From Octopus vulgaris (lineage: Eukaryota), in contig OX597828.1 of assembly GCA_951406725.2 (NCBI GenBank), forward strand, positions 10,788,001-10,852,000: DNA of 64,000 nt, read 5' to 3'. The translations under genes were made by a program, and so were the position numbers. The notes under the pieces were generated by a model that was given only the letters and a program-made list of their open reading frames with translations, ran no database searches and was not told where the DNA came from. Each line of letters starts with the position of its first letter. Within the stretch, counting starts at the first letter, position 1. This document shows positions 27,689 to 40,495 of this stretch, piece by piece.

Positions 27689-28223
27689 GTCTTAGCCACG
27701 GGCAAACACTATCTTTTGACCTACAAGGGAGACAAGCTTCCGACAGCAAACGAGATCGTATATCGTCGGTGATTTCCTATAGAATTATTCCTGATTGGTG
27801 ACACTACGCCGTTGCCTAGGGTTAAGCTAACTCGCCCTGTCAGTTTATAGAAAATGCCTTAAGAATCAGTGACTGATTCAGTAAAATGGTTAGGGAAAAA
27901 TTATAAATTATTAAAATGGCTTGTCGCTACTGGTGTCATTTGCACTGTTAGTCACTTTAGTGGCAATTATACTTGTACATTTTGGTTTTAAATTGCGACT
28001 AGTCACTTTAATAATATATAATTTTCACTTTAAACTTTTTACTAAATCAGCCACAGATTTCTTTGGTATTTTCTATAAATTGACAAGGCGATTTAACTTA
28101 ACCTAAAGCAACAGAATAGTGTCAGAGATGAGGATTATTTCTATCTAAAATCTGACGTTCTCTTGATGTAGCGAGGTTGTCTCCCTTGTCAGTCAAAAGA
28201 CAGTGCTTTGTCCGTGGATAAGA
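27689..28223. repeat. Long imperfect inverted repeat / fold-back element (~235-bp arms)
   Basis: tcttagccacgggcaaacactatcttttgacctacaagggagacaa... mirrors ...ttgtctcccttgtcagtcaaaagacagtgctttgtccgtggataaga; arms about 27689-27927 and 27995-28223. Confidence 0.85.
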
Positions 28224-28529
28224 TATATATATATATATATTATCTGTTGCCCAAATTACCAATTGCCGCTCGCTTGGGAAAGATTACTTAGAAAAGCACA
28301 TTTCGTCGAAATGAAAACGTACAAATGCTAATATATTAAAACATATAACTATAATCAATAATTTATATTGCACTGAAAGGAATGCAACTTTGTCTTTGTG
28401 TTTTCATGTTTGGATTATATATATATATATAATACAAGTTTACTGAACCTTCAGTTTTTTTTTATATGCTAGGCCACTGGTGTGAAATCGATGTTAATTA
28501 AATTAATATCTAATTTCTCATCCTCATTT

Positions 28530-28563
<34 letters not shown>

Positions 28564-29618
28564 TACATACATGCATACATACATACATGCATATACATGC
28601 ATATATGCATGCATACATACATACATACATACATGCAGACACAGTTACATATACATATACATCCGTCTGCTTGTCATTTAATCCCAATATTTTTGCCATA
28701 CCTCTGTCCATATGCAAACATATATTTTGTTCTGCGCATCTTCCACCACGATTCTTATATAAGACATAACAGATTTCAAACGGTCCCTATTTTGACAACA
28801 GTTTAAATCTATCACTTTCATATATGTCACTATATGACATCGACGTACATGCGAACGAAATAGACATGAACGTCTGGAGAATTCTGTTTAGCATTTTCCC
28901 TTTCAAATAATAACCAAAATGCTCACACAGCCGATATAATAGTATAGTTTTCTGAGCATACCGTTTCTCTTTGCCAATCAATAAACTTAATCTTGAATTT
29001 TTGAATCACTTCGCATTTATTAGAAACTTAAATCTTATTTCTTTAGATTATCAAAGTTAATTATATCTTTCATTTCCCGAACACTTGATTCCATATGTAC
29101 CGAAATTTACTCAGACATGATGCTGCAATCAAGTGTATTACGGCAAGTTCACTTCAAAATAATTATTCCTTTTATATCCATCAGCTAAAATGTATATGGT
29201 AACGATAATTCCACTAATTGAGCCATCACTCTAATTCTGGTGATAAATTAATTTGTAATTTAAATTCAAGTTTACACTTTTAAATTAAATCTACATACTT
29301 TACAGAATCTCCTAAACCATTGTATCAATGAACATATATACACAGAAATATAACACACACACACGCACACACAAACACAGTGAATGTCAGTCTGTTGAAT
29401 ATATACATATATATATATATGTATGTATATATACACGTATACACACACATACACACACATATATAGCTACTGTATACATGTATAGTAATTATATCTGTAG
29501 CATCCGATAAAATTGATGTTGCAAGTTGGAATTATTAGGTGGTAGTCGGCATAATAGCAGAGGACCTATTACGTGCATACTCAAAAACGCTTCTTGTAAT
29601 CGAACTTAAAAGATATGC

Positions 29619-29711
<93 letters not shown>

Positions 29712-29714
<3 letters not shown>

Positions 29715-29940
29715 CGAGCTGGCAGAAACGTTAGCGCGCCCGGCGAAATGCTTAGCGGTATTTCGTCTGTTGTTACGTTCTGAGTTCAAATTCCGCCGAG
29801 GTCGACTTTGCCTTTCATCCTTTCGGGGTCGATAAATAAAGTACCAGTTTCGCACTGGGGTCGATGTAATCGACTTAATCCCTTTGTCTGTCCTTGTTTG
29901 TCCCCTCTATGTTTAGCCCCTTGTGGGCAGTAAAGAAATA
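29712..29940 (+). mobile_element. SINE family B, young full-length copy in (TA)n
   Basis: Closely matches 21144-21375. Confidence 0.92.
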
Positions 29941-31038
29941 TATATATATATATATTTATACATACATACATACATGCATACATACATACATACATACATA
30001 CATACATACATACATACATACATACATAAAACGTATTTCAGTATTCTTAAAGTATCTACGTTAAGTAGGAAATACGGGTCGCTATACCTGTCTATCTCTC
30101 ATACTTAAAGTATACAAGACGTCGATTGGCCAGCGATTGCGGTTTTTGTCCATATATAACATCGCTTACGGATATGCTGTTTTTAAACAATAATTATTAG
30201 AGGGAGGCAAAACGTCATAGCAATGGAGGCCAGCGAGTACACCAAATGCATTTCGCCCACCTGAGATCAATTCAACGGCGCATACTCGCAACCAGCCACG
30301 TGATTCATGAGAACATATCTCCGTGCGTATACTTCGTCATACGCTTAGACTGCCACAAATCGATGCAAATAAAGAAAGTTAGTTCATTAGATCGGCAGAA
30401 CATCGAGGAAGGAATAATGGAAGAAAAATAAAAAAAGGAAAAAAGGAAGGCAGAAAGAAAGAAAGAGGAAAAGGGAGGAAGGAACGAAGGAAGGAAAGAA
30501 GGAAGGAAAAAGCAAAAGGAGAGAGATAAAGGAATACGAGAAATAATAAAAATGGAAGGAAATGCAGGGGGAATAAAGGAAGAAAGAAAGAAAAAAATGG
30601 AAAGAAAGAAAGAGAAATGTAAGATAGAACGAAATATAGAAACATGAATGCAAAATTAGCGAATTGTAGAAAAATAGATGTGCTCCAGCGTGGCCCTAGC
30701 TTCTGGCTGAAACCGGTAAAGCACTAAAAGAAAATTGCAGGAAGGACGGTCTAAAGAGAACGAAATAGAATTTGATCAGGAGAGGAAGATAGGAATATTG
30801 AAAGAGAGAGGTCGTGAAAGAAAGACTTTGATAAAACAAGAAGGAAAGAAGTGGGAGAAGAAAGAAAAAGGAGCAGGAAAGAAAGAGAGACGAAAAGAAG
30901 AAACGACTAGCGAATGAAAGTATGAAGCGAAACTATTAAAAGGAGAGAGAGGCAAAAGTGGAAGAATGTGAGAAGAAAGGAAAGATTAAAAGAAAGTGTG
31001 TAATACGAGAAAAAAGAATGAAAGTAGGATAGAAAGAT

Positions 31039-31272
31039 AGAAAGTTAGAAGGAAAGAGAAAGAGAAAGAAATAAAAGAATGAATAGATAGATAAAGAAAA
31101 TATGATAGAAAGACAGGAATGCCGAAAATATGGAAACAGAACTGAAGATGATAAGAGAGTAAATCATTTAATAAAACAAAGAGAAAGATAGAATGACAGA
31201 AGAAAGAAATTTTGGAAAAGAGAGAAGGCTAATATGAAAGAAGAAAAATAAAGAAGAAAAAGAAAGAAGAAA

Positions 31273-31324
<52 letters not shown>

Positions 31325-31390
31325 GAGCATGTGAGGAATAGAGAAACAAAGAAGGAAATACTGTGAGAAAGATGTGCAGTAATAAAGAAA
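31039..31390 (+). repeat. Purine-rich direct repeat, copy 1 (copy 2 at 36271-36590)
   Basis: Shared non-simple sequence gacaggaatgccgaaaatatggaaacagaactgaagatg ... ctgtgagaaagatgtgcagtaataaagaaa. Confidence 0.9.
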
Positions 31391-31695
31391 GAAATAGTGG
31401 GGAAAAAAGAAAGAACAGTTGTTAAACCGACCACAAGGAAGGAAGAAGATATATTGTGTATGTATAGAAAGCGAATTCCAAGAGAATAAAACAATAGAAA
31501 GCTTACTGTAGAATGGACGTCTGTGTTGTTTTGGGCAGCTTTTGTCGCCATTTCAATGGGAATTATTTTACCTTTTTGCTTCAAAACACAATGAAGAATA
31601 CAGGGAAGAATGTTTTGTTCATATTTAGATTAAAAAACTTGCGATGGTGCAAAACAAAAATTTGAAAAGGAAAAGTGAAATTAAATTAAATAGAA

Positions 31696-31759
<64 letters not shown>

Positions 31760-31917
31760 AAAAAAAAGAGGGAAAAGAGAGTAAAAACAAATGAAATGTT
31801 CAAATGAGCAATATGACCTCGTGCATTACATACATACATATATATATAAGTATATATTTATATATACATAAATATATGTATATATATATGAATATATATA
31901 TATATATATATATTTCC

Positions 31918-31948
<31 letters not shown>

Positions 31949-32107
31949 GATATATATATGTGTGTGTTTGTGTATGTGTGTATTTGTATATGTATTTGTG
32001 CATCATATGTATCTACACATACAAAAGGTCTGCTTTTTATTGTGTAAAGAACATATGTATGTATTTTGTATGTTTGTGTGCATGTATGGGCGTGTGCGTG
32101 TGCGTGT

Positions 32108-32148
<41 letters not shown>

Positions 32149-33075
32149 CGTGTGTGTGTGCGTGAGCGTGTATAGTTTCCAGACAAATTGTTTTTAATGA
32201 ATAAGAACTGAGGATCAGATGCTTCGAGAATTTCAAATAATTTCGAAAATATTTTTGAAATATGTTTCTGATACACACAAAGCAATTTACTTAAGTTTTA
32301 ATGCATTCATAACTCATTGTATTCTCACTGTTTTAAATGTTAAGCACATGTTTGAAAAAATTCCTGGGTCTTAACCTTTATTCTGTCGCATAGTATTCTA
32401 ATATAAACAAATTAATAAGATTGACAAAACAGATACTTTCTTTTGATGCTCGTTTATCAATACACTAGGACTGTTATCTTTTGTGTATTTCAATTCTTTC
32501 TACTCTGGTGTGTTTTCTCTTTTGTTTTCGCTCGTTTTGGACAAAATAGCATAATTCAATACAGTCTGTGTGTATTAGGATTGATGATTTCTCTTAGTGA
32601 ACTATTCCTATTAAATTCAATTTGCTCAGTACGTTATTTTCATTATTTATCTGGAAACCTTCTTTCTGAAATCACAAATTTGTTTGAGTTACTGTTATTG
32701 CGATAAAGTAACGGGGTATATGTTTATGTGTATATTATGGGTATACATAACTTCTTACCCGGTTATTGGTGCAAGTCAGAAGTATGTAAAAAAGAGGGGT
32801 CGGAAGCAAACTAATTTTGAATGCAACTAATATTATGCTTTAGATGGTTGAGCGTTTATGCACCACATCGTTTCGCGTTCAGTCTCAATGCACTGCAACT
32901 TGGGCAAATATTTTTTCTACAAGAGCTGGTGTTGACCAATGACTTGAGAGTGAATTTGTGAGACGGAAACTGTATGGAACCCCATTGATTATATATGTGG
33001 GTATGAGGGTGCGTGTGTATGTAGGAAATCTATATTGATATAGATATAGATATACGTATGTATGCATGTTTAAAT

Positions 33076-33113
<38 letters not shown>

Positions 33114-33643
33114 ATATATATATATGTGTGTGTTCATGCATAATACATACCTACATACATACACACTGACTACTCGGTAAAATTATTAATTAATTAATTA
33201 ATTTTACCCTATATTTTTTATTAAAATTACAATATACTCCATGATCGAAATTGCAGTTTTTTGTGCGGGTAGGTCGTAACACACACGTGGGTATAAAGGA
33301 TAAATATGTAATTACATTCGGGTATATATTCCTGGGAGTGCGGTTGAATTTTAGTTATGCGATGACGCTTGATCGTATACATATTTAATCCTAACACTCG
33401 TAAACTTATAACTCGGAGTATCACACTGAGGAGAATAATAGGTAAATATAATCAGGCGTCTGTGATTAACGGAAATCGTGTGGATTCATCATTTTTCTTT
33501 TTGCCTACACAAAAAAGGGTGTTATTACCTTAGAGATTTTTAGAGTAGTTGAAAAGACATTAGCGTCTATTTCTAATTCAGTACGTGGCAAGGCACTTAG
33601 CTGACTCCTGATTATAATTATGTATATAATTATAGAACATGTG

Positions 33644-33710
<67 letters not shown>

Positions 33711-34287
33711 GTATGCATGTATGTATGTATATATATATGTATATGTATATATTTATATGTATGTGTGTATATATATAATTTATACTTAATAGAGATCATA
33801 GAAGCAGGATTAATACGCAAAATTAAAAAAAATATTTCCCATTAGAAGTGAATATTGTGTTGCAATACAGAATCACCGTCAGCAACATAAATACGAGTGC
33901 ACAACTTGTCTATATGGTTACAATTGCAGTGTTCTGTGTTCTGTGTTCTAACTCAACATCTAATTTAGGAGGAGATAAATATGACCTCATATATAAACTT
34001 GTGAATGCATGTGTCTATGTGTATGTTTTTTTATATTGTACGTGTGTATTTATATGTGTGTCTTTATTTATATATGCACGTGTCTTTGTGCTTGTGTCTG
34101 TTCCCTACCATCGTTTAGCCCTCGGTTTTGGTTTGAAGACCTCCTCGTAAAATAGCGGCTTGTCAAAGAGGACGATAGTTACAGGAATTTTGTTTTTAAA
34201 TTACTTGAGTCAAAATTACGAAGGCATCGTTTGTAGTGAAGGAAGGACGTGATGGTAGTGGTGGTGACAGCGGTAGTGTGGTGATAA

Positions 34288-34687
34288 GAAGCGTTAGCAC
34301 GCCGGGCGAAATGCTTAGTGGTATTTCGTCTGCCGCTACGTTTTGAGTTCAAATTCCGCCGAGGTCGACTTTACCTTTCATCCTTTCGGGGTCGATTAAA
34401 TAAGTACCAGTTACGCACTGGAGTCGATATAATTGACTTAATTCGTTTGTCTATCCTTGTTTGTCCCCTCTGTGTGTAGCCCCTTGTGGGTAGTAAAAAA
34501 AATAGGTATTTCGTCTGCCGCTACGTTCTGAGTTCAAATTCCGCCGAGGTCGACTTTGCTTTTCATCCTTTCGGGGTCGATAAATTAAGTACCAATAACG
34601 CACTGGGGTCGATCTAATCGGCTTAATGCGTGTGTCTGTCCTTGTTTGTCCCCTCCATTTTAGCCCCTTGAGACCAATAAAGAAATA
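34288..34687 (+). mobile_element. SINE family B head-to-tail dimer
   Basis: Unit 1 to ~34504; unit 2 restarts at ggtatttcgtctgccg and ends aataaagaaata. Confidence 0.9.
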
Positions 34688-35027
34688 AGTATTGACGATA
34701 ATGAAGATGAGGATGTTGCTGCTAAGGACTACGACGACGATGATGATAATGTAATTGATTCCTCTTCTTGCATCTATCCATTGTATTTATCCCTTCTTTT
34801 ATTGAATCATATAGTTATATAAGTCATATGGGTTTGTATACGCTTAGAAGAGAAGTACTCAGTTTGTTCGATAAATTAAGCAAAGGATTCGTTAAATAAA
34901 TGTAGAAAATCGTCTGGCGATCAGTGACTTTCAGACAGAATCTCTCTTTGACATCGTGTCTGACAAGTATGGTTCATTTAAATTTTGAAGACACTGACAA
35001 CTTCTGAGTGGGAAAAAAAAAAGCCCT

Positions 35028-35254
35028 GCGAGCTGGCAGAAACGTTAGCATGCCGAGCGAAATGATTACCAGTATTTCGTCTGGCGCTACGTTCTCAGTT
35101 CAAATCCCACCGAGGTCGACTTTGCCTTTCATCCTTTCGGGGTCGATAAATTAAGTGCCAGTTACGCATTGGGGTCGATGTAATCGACTTCATCCCTTTG
35201 TCTGTCCTTGTTTGTCCCTTCTATGTTTAGCCCCTTGTGGGCAATAAAGAAATA
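35028..35254 (+). mobile_element. SINE family B, young copy
   Basis: Full head, central block and B1 tail. Confidence 0.92.
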
Positions 35255-36270
35255 AGTATGGCTCATTGACCTACAACAACAGTCAGTTCCACGGTTTCTA
35301 CACATTATATCTCGATCCAGTTACACTCCCCCAAAACTTTCATTGTGCAAGGTTCGAAAGATGCTATTTAGCCCCAGAACCTCATGATTGTGAAGTTAAA
35401 CTACTTAATCACTCGATTCTGCTTGTGCCCATTGGCTCTTTATCAGCAGGTATTTTCTAATGTGTTCGTCACTATTTAAAATATGAATTACCGAAAATTT
35501 AGCTACTATTTCTAGCAAGACGGCTTTCCTGGCTGACCTGCTCCAGCATTTGTGAATGTATGTGCGTATGTATGTACGTACGTATGTATGTATGTATGTA
35601 TGTATGTATGTATGTATGTATGTATGTATGTATGTATGTATTTATGTATGTATGTATGTATGTATATATGTATGTATGTATGTGCGCATGTATATATATG
35701 TGGATATATATATATGTGTGTTTTATATGTGTTTATATATATTTATATATATACATATATATCATATATATATATACATATATACATATATACATATACA
35801 TATCATATATACATATATACATATATATACATATATATACATATAATACATACACACACGCACGCACATATATATGCCTCTTGATGCGCATGCTTGGCAA
35901 CATTATACTGGCGGTTATTATACACACAATAATTGTAATATACGTATTGTTCAAATACAACAGGATGAAGTTTGCACTCGTTGACACATAGACAGTTCTT
36001 CTATTACTACCAGAGGGAGTTGGCAGTCATTTCGAATAAGAATCACATTTGTGGTTCTTTTTATTGGTCTATAGAAGCAGTATCACCAACAATGTTATTG
36101 AGAAAACGAGTCGAATTTTCGGATTGCAATAGAGATGCCTGAATAGATAATATAATGACGAAAACAGAGAGGAAGAGGAAACAAAGGAGAAAGAGGAAGA
36201 GAGAGTAAGAAGGGAAGATGAAAAATAAGAAAGAAATACGTATGTGGGGAAAGAAAAACGACATGATGAA

Positions 36271-36590
36271 AGAAAGTTAGAAGCAAAGAGAAAAAGAAAG
36301 AAAGAAAAGAATGAATAGATAGATAAAGAAAATACGATAGAAAGACAGGAATGCCGAAAATATGGAAACAGAACTGAAGATGGTATGAGAGTAAATCATT
36401 TCAAATAACGAAGAGAAATATAGAATGACAGAAGAAAAATTTTTGAAAAAGAGAGAAGGCTAATATGAAAGGAGACAAGAAAGAAAGAAAGAAAGAAAGA
36501 CAGATAGAAAGAAAGAAAGAAAGAGAGCAAGTGAGGAAAAGAGAAAGAAAGGAGGAAATACTGTGAGAAAGATGTGCAGTAATAAAGAAA
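36271..36590 (+). repeat. Purine-rich direct repeat, copy 2
   Basis: See 31039-31390. Confidence 0.9.
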
Positions 36591-37753
36591 CAATATGATG
36601 AAAGAGAAAATAAATATGATGAAAGATGATAAAGAGATAGAGTAGAAGTATGAGAGATTGAAAGAAAGGAAAGTGAAAGGAAGAAATGAATAAATAATCT
36701 AACAAAGAAGGAGATAAAGAAAAAGGAAAAGGAAAGAAGAAAGAAATATTGGGGAAGAAAGAACTGGATATACCAAGAGGAAAGAATGAAAAGAATGAAA
36801 ATATAAACAGAGAAAGAAAAGGACAAATTGAAAGAATAAAAGATAGAAGGAGTGGAGGAAGAAAATATACAAGAAAAGAGACAAGAGACAGAGAGAGGAA
36901 GAAATGAAGACATCAAGACGTGAAGATAAAAGACGCGATATAAAGAAAATTGTTGTTTAACCCAAGGTTAGTCTCGATTGTACCACACTCTGGTAAATCC
37001 GTTTCATCTATACATTTGGGTCTTAGTATATGTGAGGAAATATTACGCCATATAATGTTCATAGTTTCAAAACGGTACCTAGTGATTTAAAGGAAACCAG
37101 TAATTATTTTTAGCATACCATTTGACCACATAGAGGTACATTCAGAGACTCACAATAGAGAGGGAGGAAAGAGAGGATGTTATGTCAATTAAAAGGATTG
37201 AGCGTAGAGTGACCAATAATCAGTGACGATGGAAGTTTTAAAATAAAAGGGAAGTTAGACGATAAATCGTAATCTATTTTGAAAAAATTGTGTGTGGTAT
37301 ATAAATACATTTATTTAGGGGTCTTGGGGATGGATTTGGGTGAATGTTTTAAGTAGGGTCATCTTGGTAAGAAACGAGGATTTCAGCAAAGTCAATTTAT
37401 GTTCAATTACAAAATAGGGTGAAAAACATTAAAAGTTTAGAATATAACAGCTTTGTGGCATCTGTTGACTGCAGAGAGGAAGGGAACTATCAATGAGTGC
37501 GGGAATTGGTGGGAGTATATGTGCGGACGTGAACGTGAATGTGTGTTTGGATATGTATGTGTGTGTGGTGTGTGAATGTGTTCGAGTGTGTGTGGTGTAT
37601 GAGTATGTTCGAGTGAGTGTGTATGAGTGTGTAAGGTCGCATTTGCGACAGAAAGAGGGATGGAGTAAGAAAAAAGAATGAGAGAAAAGGTCTGTTCTTT
37701 ATTGATTCTTTACTTGCAATAGTAACCCTATTTAAGATATACACATGCAACAG

Positions 37754-37799
<46 letters not shown>

Positions 37800-37866
37800 C
37801 TGTTTGTGTGTGCGTGTGTGTAATGAATATGCATATGAGTCCATACCCACACACAATTATATATAT

Positions 37867-37975
<109 letters not shown>

Positions 37976-37981
37976 CATATA

Positions 37982-38396
37982 GGCGCAGGAGTGGATGTGC
38001 GGTAAGTAGCTTGCTAACCAACCAGATGGTTCCGGGTTCAGTCCCACTGCGTGGCATCTTGGGCGTGTGTCATCTGCTATAACCTCGGGCCGACCAATGC
38101 CTTGTGAGTGGATTTGGTAGACGGAAACAGAAAGAAGCCTGTCGTATATATGTATATATATGTATGTGTATGTATGTGTTTGTGTGTCAGTGTTTGTCCC
38201 TCTGGCATTGCTTGACAACCGATGCTGGTGTGTTTACGTCCCCGTCACCTAGCGGTTCGGCAAAAGAGACCGATAGAATAAGTACTGGGCTTACAAAGAA
38301 TAAGTCCCGGGGTCCAATTGCTCGACTAAAGGCGGTGCTCCAGCATGGCCGCAGTCAAATGACTGAAACAAGTAAAAGAGTAAAAGAGTAAAAGAG

Positions 38397-38397
<1 letters not shown>
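37982..38397 (+). mobile_element. tRNA-derived SINE family A, full length
   Basis: A-box-like gtggatgtgcggta, B-box-like ggttcagtccc, internal TA/TG microsatellite, 3' (GTAAAAGA)3 tail; flanked by (TA)n. Confidence 0.92.
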
Positions 38398-38469
<72 letters not shown>

Positions 38470-38929
38470 GTGTGTGTGTATACTTATACTTGTGTGAATA
38501 AGTGCTGTGCATTTATATATACATATCTGCATATGCATACATACACATTTCTGCAAGTATGTGTGTGTGTGTGCGTGTGTGCGTGTGTGTGTGTGTGTGT
38601 GTGCGTGTGTTTGTGTGTTATAAATTATGTGATCGCAGCGTATACAAATTACTACGTCTGTAAATTTGCAAAATGATGTGAAATATGTTTCCGTTCATTG
38701 ATTGAACTGTTGATAGGAGTTTAATGCTCTCACCCCAGTCTGGTCTTGAAGTGTTCCTGTACTGTCGAAAGTGTGTCAGTCGGCTGCTGAAAAAGATAAG
38801 ATACCAACAACTGATAGGAATTATAAGTGAAAAGGAATACGAAAAAAACACGGGGTTGCTCAGTATATCAGGGGTTTGAAAAACATACATGCATACATAC
38901 ATACATATATATATATATACATATATATA

Positions 38930-38983
<54 letters not shown>

Positions 38984-39909
38984 TATATATTGTTTATTTT
39001 TCTCTTTTGCGTCGGTTATGTAGTTAGAAGAAATTACTTAACACCAACTCTGATGGTAAAACAACCTCTTCAGTGGATGGGTCTTGCTGTGGGGATCATA
39101 TTTATTCATTTATTCTTTGTTATTGTTGTTCGTTTTATTTAGTTGAAGTAAATTCGAAATATATTACTCGTCATTTAAGGCTAATCTAAGGCAGCTGTGT
39201 TTGAGTATATAAATCATTCTTGTTTCTCTCGTATTTAGTTTCTTCTGTCAACAAATTTGATGAAGACACTGTCAAATTGACACTGCACTTCAGCAACTGA
39301 AAATACGAACTTCATGATGATGTAGGTGATTTAAATACCTTTATTTGAGCTGCGGAAGAGGTGACGCGTTGTTTTGATATCAATTTGAAAATTTAAAACT
39401 GTCTTAGCTTGTTGAATTCAGGATTTCTCCAGATATATTTGCTCTCGGGACATAGCAAAGATATTTCTATGAAGTCCACGTTCACTAGATGCTACATTAA
39501 GCGATTAACATTATACTGATATAATCCAATGTTATACTTATTTTATGTATTGTTTAATTGTACTAGTGAAACCTCAGATATAAGTAATTATTAACTCGTG
39601 AATTACTTCATCATTTAAGTTGCATCACTTATTTTCTCATCTAATGTTACAGAATTTATCTATTCTAGTTTTAAAGCAGCATTTCGTAGGCAAAATATAT
39701 AAAACGAATTAAATCTAAACCATAACATCACGAGTATTGGATTCAATTCTGTTATGCCAATTTGTCAGAGCTGGATGTTTTTCCATCTTTTCTTGGCAAT
39801 ATGTTCGTTTATGTTTGGAATAAGGTGCTGTGTTATGGAGATTCTTAGGAGGGACAGCAGGTGTTCATCAGTGAGAGGTCTTCTGTGTGAATTCTTGTTA
39901 ATCTTCATC

Positions 39910-40495
<586 letters not shown>

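Noticed and set aside
30260-30350. Minus-strand exon after a pyrimidine tract
   Set aside because: Stops in all three frames between the candidate acceptor and donor.
31039-36590. LTR retrotransposon
   Set aside because: No TG..CA termini, PBS/PPT or gag/pol remnants seen.
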